From Octopus vulgaris (taxonomy: Eukaryota), in the NCBI GenBank assembly GCA_951406725.2, contig OX597830.1, positions 47,740,001-47,804,000 on the forward strand: 64,000 bases of DNA. The letters run 5' to 3'. Below, piece by piece: positions 1 to 12,856 of this stretch. Under the pieces are notes generated by a model. It had not been told where the DNA came from, did no database searches, and saw nothing but the letters and a program-made list of their open reading frames with translations. A program made the position numbers and the translations under genes. The first letter of the stretch is position 1, and every line of letters begins with the position of its first letter.

Positions 1-290
1 CATTTGGCAAGGAGTTACAGACGTGTAACACAGAGGACAACTTACTGAGAGCTACCGACTAAATTTATAGCTGGTGCAAATTCCCAACCAGACCCAGGGT
101 GACATGGTGATGGAACAGTGTTGTTGAGAAGGCCATTAAAGCAAAGAAATAGGCCTGTAAGGACGGGAAGAATGGTGGTGGCAGAGGACTTTATCGGGTA
201 GTTAGAAGGGAAGTCAGGAGACTGGTATATTTAGTCAGGGAAAAAGCAGAAGGGAAAAAGTTTGCCAATGTTCTACGACAGGAGAACTAG
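1..290 (+). mobile_element. Degraded RTE-clade non-LTR retrotransposon fragment (region between endonuclease and RT)
   Basis: Translates to PRVTW*WNSVVEKAIKAKK*ACKDGK...YRVVRREVRRLVYLVREK, resembling the WWN..V..AI..KK motif of RTE ORF2; has in-frame stops. Confidence 0.55.
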
Positions 291-1259
291 CGGCTTGTGG
301 GGTTTGATCCCAGTTCAAGAGTTCCCTATAATCCAAATGCCAGTCCGTCGCAAGGGTTAAGCAATCCCTCTATGCTGCTGCTGCTGTTGTTGTTGTTGCT
401 GTTGTTAAGCAACAAGACGGGTAAGGGTGATTAGATGATGCTCTAGGGCTTAGGGGCGGGAGACCCCAGAACTTGGAAAAGAAAACAACTTTGGTCGTCT
501 TGTTGTAGTCAAGGGCTCTTCATTGACGCCCGACACCACTGGGAGGTGGCCCTCGAAGTCGCTGGAAATGGAGATCCCCAGGTCCAAATTGGTGATGATT
601 CACGCTTTCAGCTGAGATGACTGGTGCAAGGTAAATGAGCTGCCTTGTTAAAGTAAACGACGCGCCACCTGGAGTGAGAATCGAACCCACCACCTCACAG
701 TCGTGAGTTGAACACTCTACCTACACATAGAAACATTACTTTATTTTATGCATTCTTTCGTTTCCTAAGACAATAAGATTTGAAGGATATTTTGCTATAT
801 TTTCTAACAAGTCGAGCAAACGCATTGAACTGGTTGCGTTGCCGTTTGTCTATCGCCTCTGGCAAGGCATTTATCAACACCCAAGTCTAAAGAAGAATTC
901 CAGGAGAGACAATTCACTTTTGTAAGCAGTGTCTACTTCGAAGAACTAATGCCTATTTTGTTGGCCTGCCATACTGGGTTCAATTCCTTAGAAGAATCTC
1001 CGTAATTCACCAACAACGCGGCCCCTGGGTTTGATTCAGACCAGGCCTCCTCCTTAACTCTAAACAAACTGGCGGCTGGTGACAAGGAAGTATTTCGTTT
1101 TGCTTTACATTAAATACGCATCGGAAGTGAGGAGGAAGAGGAGGATGAGGAGGAGGAGGAGGAAGAGGAGGAAGAAGAAGAGGAGGAGGGGATTTCAGAA
1201 GTGGAAGAAATCGCATTTCAGAATACGAAGAAAATATTTGGAAGAATTCTGAATAAGGT

Positions 1260-1576
1260 AGATCGTGATGACGACGATGACGACGAGGGCGACGACGACG
1301 ACGGCGACGACGACGACGATGATGATGATGATGGTGGTGGTGGTGGTGGTGGTGGTGATGACAGTGACGGGGATGATGGTGATGATGATGGTTGTAGTGG
1401 TGATGATGGGGAAGAGGAGGAGGTGGCCGTGATGATGGACGCAAATATAAAAAAAGTAAAATTAGAAGAGGAGGAAGAACGCGGCAGCGGTGGTGGTGAT
1501 GGTGGGGCGGAAGGGGGAGAAATAAGAGGAGGAAGGTAGGTGAAAAGGGAAGAGGGAAGAAGGAGGTTGAAGCAGG

Positions 1577-1614
<38 letters not shown>

Positions 1615-1633
1615 GTGATGGTGATGGTGATGG

Positions 1634-1682
<49 letters not shown>

Positions 1683-1714
1683 GATGATGATGATGATAAT
1701 GATGATGGTGATGG

Positions 1715-1775
<61 letters not shown>

Positions 1776-1825
1776 CATGATGATGATGATGATGATGATG
1801 GTGATGGTGATGATGCTGGTGATGG

Positions 1826-1862
<37 letters not shown>
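1260..1862. repeat. Compound (GAT/GAC/GGT)n trinucleotide microsatellite
   Basis: Read directly; source of the poly-M/H/I/D ORFs in the track. Confidence 0.95.
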
Positions 1863-1865
<3 letters not shown>

Positions 1866-2242
1866 GAACAAAAACAAAAACGGAAGAGAAGAGCCGTGGC
1901 AACCGTAATGTGATTCTGTTGATGACGTAACAACGATAACAGACGACAAAACAGAATTGGAAATATGAGGCAAAAAGCAAAAAAAAAAGCAAAAAAAAAA
2001 AGAAGAAAAAAACACACACACAATAAATACATAATGAAACAAAAGCAAGCAACCAGGAAAGATTAAAAGAATGTTCGGTATCGATTTCTTTATTGTTCCT
2101 ATGATATATATTTGGTTAATCGAAATACCTGTCGTTATCATATTCACTGTGACTAACGATTGGCAGATAATACAGTTTATAAATCAGCTTTGTAAATGCT
2201 TTTATCATCATATCTCTTCGTTTTAATAGTTTGGAAAAGTAA

Positions 2243-2273
<31 letters not shown>

Positions 2274-3133
2274 CATACATATATACATAATACATATATA
2301 CATACATACATACATACATACATACATACATACATACATACATACGTACACCTTACGTATATACATACATACATACATACATACATACATACATACATAC
2401 ATACATACATACATACACCTTACGTATATACATACATACATACATACATACATAATACATACATACATACATACATACATACGTACACCTTACGTATATA
2501 CATACATACATACATACATACATACATACATACATACATACGTACACCTTACGTATATACATACATACATATACATACATACATTCATAATACATACATA
2601 CATACATACATAATACATACATAATACATACATACATACATAATACATACATAATACATACATACATACGTACGTACATACATAATACATACATACATAC
2701 ATACATACATACATACATACATACATAATACATACATAATACATACATACATACATAATACATACATACATACATACATAATACATACATACATACATAC
2801 ATACATACATACATACATACATACATACATACATACATAATACATACATACATACATAATACATGCATAATACATATATACATACATACATACATACATA
2901 CATACATACATACATACATACATACATACACACATACATACATACATAATACATACATACATACCTACATACATAATACATACATACATACATACATACA
3001 TACATACATACATACATGCATGCATACATACATACATACATACATACATACATACATACATACAATACATACATACATACATACATACATACATACATAC
3101 ATACATACATACATACATACATACATACATACA
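2243..3133. repeat. ~890 bp (ATAC)n tetranucleotide array with interspersed variant units
   Basis: Read directly; source of the MYVC/HTYI ORFs. Confidence 0.97.
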
Positions 3134-3589
3134 CAGAGCGACGAGGTGCAGAACTGGGGTTGGCTTCTGTTGGTGAATTGGTGACTGATCAGGGCCAAAC
3201 TTCACCCAAAAGTTTCTCTGATTATGTGGACAGGGAATGGTGATCGTTGTTGGAGATTTGGTGTCACTGGTTTTCCTGTCCTGCCTACGTTGCCCAACTG
3301 GAGCAATCCTGTGGCCTCGCAGCTTTGCATGCATTGCGGCCAGATGATCGCGAACAAAAAGGGATACATTAGCAACAAGTAGGTCATTCGCAGCTAAGCT
3401 CCCTTTATGCAAAAATTTAGAAATTAACAACAATTCAAAATTTTTCGCCTTCTGTAAATCCTTAAAAGAATATCCAATATATCGTTTCAAAATGAAGAGA
3501 CATTTTATACAATTTTCTCCCGGCATAAAAGAAGATAATAATAATAATAATAACTCTGCTTAAAGAAACACGCTTTCAAATAAGCGAGA

Positions 3590-4081
3590 ATTAATCAGAA
3601 GGCCTCCAGGAAAGCGAAACGACCCACGTTACACGTCAAAAGCAGTGAAGTTTGAGGGGCGGTAAGAATCTGATGTTTTAGGGATACATAAAAAAACGAT
3701 GGTTCAAGAAAGTTGGTTAAAATTGATGGTAACTTGAGTAGTGCCAAATCCATCCAGTTGTTGAAGGACAATTTGATAGCAGACTTGGATGAAGGTGAGA
3801 TTTTTCAGCCTGATGGAGCTCCGTTCCACAGATCGCGTGCAACACAATAGAATCTGGCTGATGTAGGTGTTAGCCATGATTTAAATATCATCGAGCAAAT
3901 GTGGACAGAACTAAAGAGCAGAGTTCGTCAGAAGAATTCACGCAATTTTGAAGAGCTGTGGGAGCTCAGCCACAGAGATTGGCATCTCATACCCGTGAAG
4001 ATGGTGAAGGATTTGTATGCATCTCTTCCCAGGCGCATTGAAACAATTATTCAAGCTGAAGGAAACTACACGAAATATTAA
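3590..4081 (+). pseudogene. Tc1-family (DD34E-type) transposase C-terminal remnant
   Basis: IFQPDGAPFHRSRAT...DLNIIEQMWTELKSRV...LYASLPRRIETIIQAEGNYTKY* is a typical Tc1 catalytic and C-terminal signature; upstream frame broken by stops. Confidence 0.85.
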
Positions 4082-4149
4082 CAATGTACAGTAACTTCTC
4101 ATACTGAACATTATATAATAAATTTTCATTATTGATTATGCGTGCATGT

Positions 4150-4368
4150 ACGCAGAAACGTTAGCACGCCGGGCGAAATGCGTAGCTGTATTTCGTCTGT
4201 CGTCACGTTCCGAGTTCAAATTCCGCCGAGGTCGACTTTGCCCTTCATCCTTTCGGGGTCGATAAATTAAGTACCAGTTACACACTGGGGTCGATATAAT
4301 CGACTTAATCCGTTTGTCTGACCTTGTTTGTCCCGTCTGTGTTTAGCCCCTTGTGGGTAGTAAAGTAA

Positions 4369-4370
<2 letters not shown>
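4150..4370 (+). mobile_element. tRNA-derived SINE, family A (further copies ~13545-14635, 17880-18300, 23700-24110, 37340-37680, 43530-43730, 59630-59845)
   Basis: Recurrent consensus gcagaaacgttagcacgccgggcgaaatgc...gagttcaaattccgccgaggtcgactttgcctttcatcctttcggggtcgataaattaagtaccagt with a B-box-like GTTCAAAT. Confidence 0.8.
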
Positions 4371-4429
<59 letters not shown>

Positions 4430-4664
4430 CGGGAAGCTTTATGAAAATAGACAAAGGACGAAGGCAGGTTTACGGAAATAAACAAAAGACGAAGGCAGGT
4501 GGAATACAAACAATTGTATTAGTATGGCGCTCAGGAAATATAAATAAAACAAGTCTTTAACGTTTCGAGCCTACGCTCTTGAACAGAAAGATACACAGAG
4601 AAAAAAAACACAGAAAGAAGGAGAGAAAAAAATGCGTGCAGAGGTTAGCGAATCAACATGGCGA

Positions 4665-4793
<129 letters not shown>

Positions 4794-4864
4794 ATAGTCA
4801 GTAAATCATAAATACGAATGAGAAACACGCTCTAAAGTATAGAGTAGTAGAATAATTAAAGATG

Positions 4865-5700
4865 TTTATGGCCGGTCTATTATGGGATTGTCCTGGAGTT
4901 CACCTCCATAAAGCGCTTGGCTTTACGGCGTTTCTTCAGACCCTAATGGCCGGTGGCCTGCAACCTTTCTTCAAAGTGGAGGGAAGGAAAGACCTCGTAG
5001 CTATTTGTTGAATGCACGGACAAAGGAGAAGGGTTAAGCGCAAGGGATTGTCACCCTTAGACTGGTATCCGTAGTCGATATGGTCAGCTTGTGAGTTCCA
5101 GGACTTTAGCAGGAACCTCCTGAAGTGTAAGCAGTGTTCGAAGACTTCCGTTCTGGAATTTAAGACGTTTCTCGGGTCCAGGGAGTTCTTTAATATTCTC
5201 GCCCGTTCAGGTATGCACAGCTTGCAACGCTTTCTCCTCCCGCTGATTAGGCGTCTGGTTCTTCTAGGATCGTCCATGAGATTACGTGTGGAGTCCCTTC
5301 GTCCTCCAGGTGCCACGCGTGACTGGCCAAGGACATGACATATCGTCTCTCCAGTATCCTGAACGAGAACCTGTAGTTGGAGGGGCGCTGCTTGGAAACC
5401 CGAGGAACATCTTAGATTCCAAGACAGAAGTCTTCGGACCCTGCTTACGTTTCAGGGGATTCCTGCTGAAATCCTGTAACCCACAAATCAACCACGTCGA
5501 CTACGGACAGCGGTCTAAAGGGGACAGTCTCTTGCATTTAGCCCTTCTTTGTCTGTGCATTCAATAAGTAGCTACGAGGTCTTTCCTCCCTTCACTTTGA
5601 AGAGAGGTTATAGGCCACCGGCCATTAGGATCTGAAGAAAAGCCGTAAAACTAAGCGCTTTATGGACGTGAAACCCTGGCTAACCCCATAGGCCGGCGCT
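4865..5700. mobile_element. Penelope-like element remnant: two diverged inverted copies of GIY-YIG C-terminus plus 3' region with degenerate hammerhead
   Basis: Minus strand KRCKLCIPERARIL...VLNSRTEVFEHCLHFRRFLL (PLE endonuclease C-terminal CxxC..LN.R.E...C.H motif); plus-strand paralog ILDSKTEVFGPCLRFRGFLL; both followed by CTGAAGA-stem-GAA. Confidence 0.7.
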
Positions 5701-5711
5701 GAATATATTTA

Positions 5712-5785
<74 letters not shown>

Positions 5786-5915
5786 GAAAATGTAGAAGCA
5801 CATTAGTTGGTTCATCAACTTTAGGATATTAGAATGTTGACTTATTTATTTATCAAAACGACATTATACCAACAGTATATATGATAAGTATTATCCCTTT
5901 GTGGGTTGGATCCAC

Positions 5916-5981
<66 letters not shown>

Positions 5982-6944
5982 ATATATGTATATATGTATA
6001 TATATATGAGTGCGTATATACATATATACATATTTACCTGAATGCATGTTTATGTGTATTCATATGCATATGCGTGTGTGTGTATATATATATATATGTG
6101 TGTGAATGTTGTGCTTTGCAGTCACAGCTCAATTTTCACTGACACAAGCACTGCTCTGCGAACGCATGCCTGTAAAAATGTCCACATATATACCCGCAGT
6201 TATGCACAAGAAAACTATCACTTCACTGCATCAGATTACTTCAACCAAATTCTGGCCCGGATTGATGACCCTACAATCTATATTTATTCAATAGCCACAA
6301 CCTTAGCGATGTTAAAGAAATCTTGGCAAAACTTGACTGCTTTCATATCTATGATATAATACGATATAATACGATTTAAAAAGCTATCAATAATTAATAA
6401 ATATGATTGTTCTGTGTCGTTGACAGGAAAGTTTGTCTAGCATTCACTGAGCAGAACAGAAACTGGAGATAAATCACATCAAATATATATATATTCATGA
6501 TTACGTATTCAACGAACAATCGGATATTATACACTACCTTCTGTAGCTGAGTATACACAAGATTACCTGGTGACTATATATTCTTGCAGCCACTTCTCGT
6601 ATGCATACACTCATACATACATGCATGCAGGGTGGGCTGAAAAGTGCCTATGAATGAGTGATGCGAGAGCAGTGAAATCTTGCATTCTTTAATTGCAACT
6701 CTTCTTATTAGTAACTGCATTGATATATATATTTTCCAGTAAATATCGGTACTTCGTTGTGCCATATATTTACTTCTATGCATAATTTTCCCTCACGGGC
6801 TATTCTTTACTGGAAAGCAATACTCTCGTATTGCATTACTATTTTTATTGAAACTTCTTCACTGTTCTCGTTCTGTCAGCGTTTTGGCGTTTCAGTCGAG
6901 TGTATTGGCATTGGTGTGGCAACATCTGAAATGTTGTCGGGTAT

Positions 6945-7017
6945 ATGTTGGCTGATGAAGATAAATCAAGTATATGTGTGCAGACATATCTTGAAAAATC
7001 TGAAACCGGTCCCACAT
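6945..7017 (+). ncRNA. Type I hammerhead ribozyme motif (PLE-type)
   Basis: CTGATGA (6952-6958); stem II AGAT/ATCT extended by tcaag-atatgt/acatat-cttga; GAAAC-CG-GTC with palindromic ACCGGT; stem I atgt(t)gg/ccacat. Confidence 0.75.
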
Positions 7018-7203
7018 TATCCCTTTCTAGGTATTTCATCTTTCAGATATTCTCCCTGGGGGTAAGACAATTTTTTTCAAGTTTGTTGCATACACGCATT
7101 TTTGCTAATACATACGCGGTGAAGCTATACATTAGCGTCGTATTTATTACGTTCGCTATTTTCCAGTAAATATCGGTACTTCGTTGAGCCATATATTTAC
7201 TTC

Positions 7204-7301
<98 letters not shown>

Positions 7302-7835
7302 TGATAGAAAATTGAATAAATATGTACTTCATCTGGTGAGAGATAGATATTATTTATTTGAAGGTCACAATACTGGTATTAAAGCGCTACCAATAGTTTC
7401 ATATGTTTCAGGTGCAAATCACGTATCATAACGAACTAAAGAAATTGAATGATAGAAGAAACGCGAAAAATATCCTGAGGTTTAGATTATTCGAGTAATC
7501 TTAGAGTAATCCATGCGGTATAATTCCATAATAACGCGAAACTTGGTTGAATCATTAGAGTCACTCAACTTAACAAGCAATCACAGCAATCATATGGCAG
7601 TATGAATTTGCGGTGAAAAGCCAGCGTTAGGAGGTATATAATGTGCCACATATGGATTACTCTTCTCAGAAGATACCAACACCATCGAATAAACTATATA
7701 CTCAGGTTATATTTCGCGTATCTTCTATCATTCAATTTCTTTACTTCGTTACGATATGTGGTTTGCGCCTGAAGAATTTTGATCTCTCTCAACGTATGAA
7801 ACTATTAGTGGCGCTTTAATACATGTAACCTTTAA

Positions 7836-7886
<51 letters not shown>

Positions 7887-8075
7887 TGAGTGTATTTTTA
7901 CCTTGTTAACAATTAACACGGAAAAAAAAATAGTTACCAGGGCAGCAAAAAATCTCACAAGTAAAGGTGTTGTAACTCCTTGTTTATAAAGGTAGAAACT
8001 TCGTGTTTACGTTGAATATTTTGAATAATATGAATAAAAAAAATGGAGTTAACGCAGGTGTAATCAAATATTTTT

Positions 8076-8161
8076 ACTTTCGACACATGTTTCGAAAATT
8101 CCACTGATACTATTCAAAAGAATAAATGGTATAAACAATGCAGTCTTCTCCTCAGGAAAGT
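8076..8161 (-). ncRNA. Hammerhead ribozyme motif in the 3' pLTR of the Penelope element
   Basis: Near-identical reverse complement of 10035-10120: actttc-CTGAGGA-stem II-GAAAC-atgt-GTC-gaaagt. Confidence 0.75.
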
Positions 8162-8362
8162 GAAAAAAACGAAATTCGTCAATAAGACATTTTAGCAAAA
8201 AATGATGGATTTGTATAGCGATAGACAGAACGCTATTAATATTGTTTAAAAAAACGTTATATGATATAACGTCATAAGTAGCTAACAGAAAGAGTAGGGA
8301 TATTAATAGTGAATGTTAAATATAAAGGAAATTAAAGTTTAAATTATATATAATGATAGAGA

Positions 8363-8752
8363 CTACTTATATGAACTAAATGTATGTTTTTGCCAATGCT
8401 TACATCTGTATGCTCGCTCTATAATCGTGTTTACTAGAGTATTTTTAGAAAAAATAATGAAAAATAGCTCAGAATTGCAGAGAAGACAGAATTTCTTGCC
8501 TTTGTCATATGGTATCGAAATTGAGAGAATCAACCATTCTAAATGAAATTGTTCATTATGGTCTTTTAAATCCCAAATCAGTTTGCTGAGACCGGTACTA
8601 TTCCGTTTATTTCTATCCCTAAATGTTGAGTAATGGATAGAAATTCTTTTAGATAACTCTAACGATGTGCTTCCAATGTAAAATCGTACTTTATTACGAG
8701 TACTGATTATACACTGGTATATAGAATTTTTAATCTTAGAGTTACTTGACAT
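8363..8752 (-). pseudogene. Penelope GIY-YIG endonuclease domain
   Basis: SIYQC...FYIGST...KRISIH...STGLSKLIWDLK...CLLCNSE...CKH; separated from the RT frame by a frameshift or stop near 8866. Confidence 0.88.
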
Positions 8753-8865
8753 AAACTTGATTCTATTGGAATTGACTTCAGATACAATAACCTTGTTATT
8801 AATATTTCTAGAGGGTTGGATGGTATTAGTTAAATTAATGTTAGTATTAGTAAATGTATTAATAT

Positions 8866-9971
8866 TTAACAGTTTGTTATTATGAGAAGAGATATAATTT
8901 GCAAGAGATTTTTTGTGTTTGAAAAACCTATCCTAACCTTATGTGAATTGATTATAGAGTAATATCTAGAATTGTTTGGAAAATTCCTAGCAATAGCTTG
9001 ACGAAACAGCAGTGGGAGATTAGATTTAATTTGTCTCCCGTAAGGAATTATTAACCAAATATTTTTACTAGTATTCATAGCGTAATTACTTTTGAAGGTG
9101 TTATATTTACTTTTAGATCGATAATAGGGTATTAAATAAGGGTTATCTGCCTTCATTCGCTTTGTATCGGTGCGTAAGTTATGTTTGTTATCAATAATTC
9201 TTTTACGACTAGAAATCTTATCTACATTATTGAATTTACAATTAGACTGAGCAGAATCAATGTAGACAATTTTCTCTGTATAACCTGCTTTGATTAAGGC
9301 AGAGTTATAGAAGTCAGCGTTATTATTGAAAATATCAACATTAGCAGATAATTTAGATAATCTAAATGAAATATTCTTAACTAAGTTCTTAGTAATTGCT
9401 CCAGGATGATTACTAAATTTGCTAATGTTCTTAAGATTGGTCAACGGTTTACGATATGGGAAGTAAGAGTTACTGTGTAAATTAAGCGTAATATCTAAAA
9501 AGTTGGCCTTCGTCATATCGTCATCAAAAACGATTTTTAAGCCCATTCTACTGAAAAAATTAACTAAACTATTCTTAACTTTTTGTACCTTTTGGTTGGA
9601 AACATTTTGGAGGTAAAGTAAACAATCATCACGATATAGACCTCCATAAATGTTAGGGAACTCTTCAGCCATTTCAAAAAGAATATATATACAGACCAAA
9701 TCAGCTATCTGTGCTGAATCAGAACTTCCCATTGGTATATCGAAACTATCTGGTGTGTCTTTACGGACCCACAACTTATCATCAAATTTAATAATAGATC
9801 TTCTGGCTGCCAACACAACATTAATTTCTTCTCGGGTGAGACCAGCTTTGTTATGAGCAAGCCAAAGTGCCTTATTAAGTACTATTGGATTGATAGATGA
9901 ATAAAAATTGGAAATATCAAACTGGATAAACTTAGTACTCACCTTATTGTTAATAGAACTAAACCAGTCAA
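8866..9971 (-). pseudogene. Penelope-type reverse transcriptase (N-terminally truncated)
   Basis: Motifs FDISNFYSSI, PMGSSDSAQIADL, YRDD, FLDITLNL, PYRKP, SNHP. Confidence 0.9.
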
Positions 9972-10034
9972 CTATCGCTATACAAATCCATCATTTTTTG
10001 CTAAAATGTCTTATTGACGAGTTTCGTTTTTTTC

Positions 10035-10120
10035 ACTTTCCTGAGGAGAAGATTGCATTGTTTATACCATTTATTCTTTTGAATAGTATCAGTGGAATTT
10101 TCGAAACATGTGTCGAAAGT
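10035..10120 (+). ncRNA. Hammerhead ribozyme motif in the inverted pLTR copy
   Basis: Stem I actttc/gaaagt (6 bp); CTGAGGA 10041-10047; stem II gaaga/ttttc extended; GAAA 10103-10106; palindromic ACATGT; GTC cleavage triplet 10112-10114. Confidence 0.78.
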
Positions 10121-10161
10121 AAAAATATTTGATTACACCTGCGTTAACTCCATTTTTTTTA

Positions 10162-10221
<60 letters not shown>

Positions 10222-10222
<1 letters not shown>

Positions 10223-10940
10223 TGGTCTGATCAATAAGTATCCGGACTGTAGACATAGTAAGGAAGCTAAAGCACGCAGAGTGAAGCCGCTTGGCACAGA
10301 TTGACCTTGAACTCTGCTGTTCATGCGCACTAAATTTTAGCGTTCTAGCTCAGTCCTGCTGTTTTCAGCAGTGCTTGGAAGGAACGTGTGTAGCGGGTGA
10401 TCGTCGCATTGACCATGACAGAGAAAGTTGAGCAAAGAATCTGCATCAAATTTTGCCGAAAGCTTGGTGATACCTGCTCAGAGGCCTATGCAATGTTTTC
10501 AAAAAGTTTTCATCGTTCTCGACACGATCAAGGAGATCTTGTGCAACTGAAAGTGTCTTTTTGGTCAGCCGAAAGCAGTTTTGGCAGACACACGTCTCAT
10601 ACCTAAATCTTTAATGAACCACAACTAATCTGCACATCCTCTGATAACTCATGGATGGTGATTCGACGATTTCACCTCACAGCCGCGATGTTTTTCTCAG
10701 TTCTGCTAGTTGCGGGTCTCCGAGAGCGTTCGTCACTATCGACATTTTCCGGCCATCTTGGAAACGTCTGAACCACTCGTACACTTGTGTGTGCCTCTTA
10801 CACTCCTCTCCATATACTTTCTGCAACTTTGCCTCTGAGCAGGTATCACCATGACATGCGACGATCACAAGCTACACACCTTCCTTCCAATTACTGCTGT
10901 AAACAGCGTAAGTGAGCGAGAACGTTAAAACTTAGTGCGC
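10222..10940. mobile_element. Rearranged mariner element (two opposed 5' portions)
   Basis: Plus strand MTEKVEQRICIKFCRKLGDTCSEAY; minus strand GDTCSEAKLQKVYGEEC...QVYEWFRRFQDGR (mariner HTH); TIR-like ctggtctgatcaataagtatccggact after the (TA)n run. Confidence 0.8.
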
Positions 10941-11318
10941 TCATATGGTTGTGACTGCATGTGACTGGTGTACGTTTATCAGTGATGGTGGATATATTGG
11001 GCTTCGTATATTTGTGTCAGAGCGTCACTTTGATGGCGTGTCAACAGTTTAAGCTGTTGTGCGTATATGAAAAAATAAATGAGCGTGTATACACACACAC
11101 ACACATATATACACGTATGTATGTATTTATGTATGTATGTGTGTGTGTGTATATATATATGTATACACACACATACACACACATATATATATGTCCCTTT
11201 CTGTAGAAGAGCGTAGGCTCAAAATGTAAAAGACTTTTTCTATTCCTGAGCGTTATACTAATACATCTCTTTGTTTTGTACACCACCTGTCTTCGTCTTT
11301 TGCTTTTTCGTAAACTCT

Positions 11319-11369
<51 letters not shown>

Positions 11370-12603
11370 TATATGTAATGTGTGTGAGAGTGTATGTCTA
11401 AATTTGTGGGTGGTGGAGGGAATACATATATATGTATACATATTTTTTGTTTCGCAAATTAGAGAAGTAATCAATACTTTGTATTTAGCTGGTGCTCAAC
11501 CCCATCACTAGCCAGCTTTCAACTCTCTGCATCCATTTAGGTGAAATTTCTAAGCAAATATTCCAAGATGGTGTCAGGGCGAGCTGTTTCACGCGTCTAT
11601 CGTTGATTTAAAGAAATGCAGTCATAATCGTTTCGAGTTTAGCAGCAAAGTTCCAAATGAACAAAGCTAACTGCAAATTGATTCATGGCATTAGTTTTAT
11701 TGATTTCTCAGACAACATTACTTTAAATGTATATATTATAAAGCAGAATGAGACAGCACTTCACATATTGTGATTGCATATTTTAAGGACGTAATAATCA
11801 CATTGGAATTCAAATGGATTCGATGAAGAAATATGCTTGCAAGATGAAAGATGGAATTTTCTATTATAAACACACATCACACTGCTTGTTGCCAAATTGA
11901 TTTTATATTCCTAGATATGAATACGTTCCGGTGTGACTGTGTGGTTGTGGAGGTCATGTCAGTACCATGTGCGTTTGGGTTCTATGAAACTGCATCAGAC
12001 CTTAGCCAAGTGATTCTTGGCCTCAGCAAAGTCTTGTGAAGAAAATTTGGGAGACAAGCTGTATAGAACCCTATCATCTCTCTCCAGGTGTGTGTGTGTG
12101 TGTGTAGATGGGTGGGTGGCACTCAGCACGTTTGGTAGAAGTTCCATATATGTTTTTGACAAGTCTGATTCAGCTCCGCATGATTTCAAGATTCATGGGT
12201 CTCCACCGAGATGTGTCCATCTAACACCTGATGAGAGGGACGCGTTGTACGCAAACTTCTTACCACGCAACCGCATTGGCACGCACGCACACACACACAC
12301 ACACACAGCTGCAGATGCGATTGTGTGGTAAAAGGTTCGTTTACCAGTCACATGGTTTGGAGTTCAGTTTCAATGTGTGGCATCTTGGGCAAATGTCTTC
12401 TACAATAGCACCGGGCCGACTAAAGCCTTGTGAGTGGATTTGGTAGAGAGAAACTGAATGAAATCTGCGGCACACACATACATACATGCATGTTCTGCAA
12501 AAGAGGCCGATAGGATAAGGATCAGGCTTTTAAAAATAAATACTTAGGTCGATTTAAGTCCATGCTGGGGCACTGCTATGAAGGTTCCCCAGCATGGCCG
12601 CAG

Positions 12604-12634
<31 letters not shown>

Positions 12635-12822
12635 ATGAATCGTTGACGATTTTCTTCCTCCATTTTCCTTTCTATTGGACTTCCCTCTATTTCTGAAGAA
12701 GAACGTTGCCCGAAACGTTAAACCATCTTTCTTTCCTTCCCTGAGCGTCTGCTAATACTTTACATGTACCACGACGCGCGTTGTTTTTTTATGTTTGCTG
12801 TTCTTCTCTTTTTAGATTTATA

Positions 12823-12856
<34 letters not shown>

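Larger units (their letters stand above)
8028..10168 (-). mobile_element. 5'-truncated Penelope-like retroelement (RT + GIY-YIG) bounded by ~197 bp inverted pLTR copies
   Basis: RT and GIY-YIG ORFs on minus strand; 8028-8224 and 9972-10168 are near-identical inverted repeats, each containing a hammerhead motif. Confidence 0.9.

Noticed and set aside
640-725. tRNA-like sequences (also ~45400-45470 and ~50040-50115)
   Set aside because: Imperfect cloverleafs that continue into repeat bodies; SINE heads rather than tRNA genes
1007-3200. Long ORFs with poly-H, poly-M, poly-I and MYVC repeats
   Set aside because: Translations of (GAT)n and (ATAC)n microsatellites; open in several frames with no domain content
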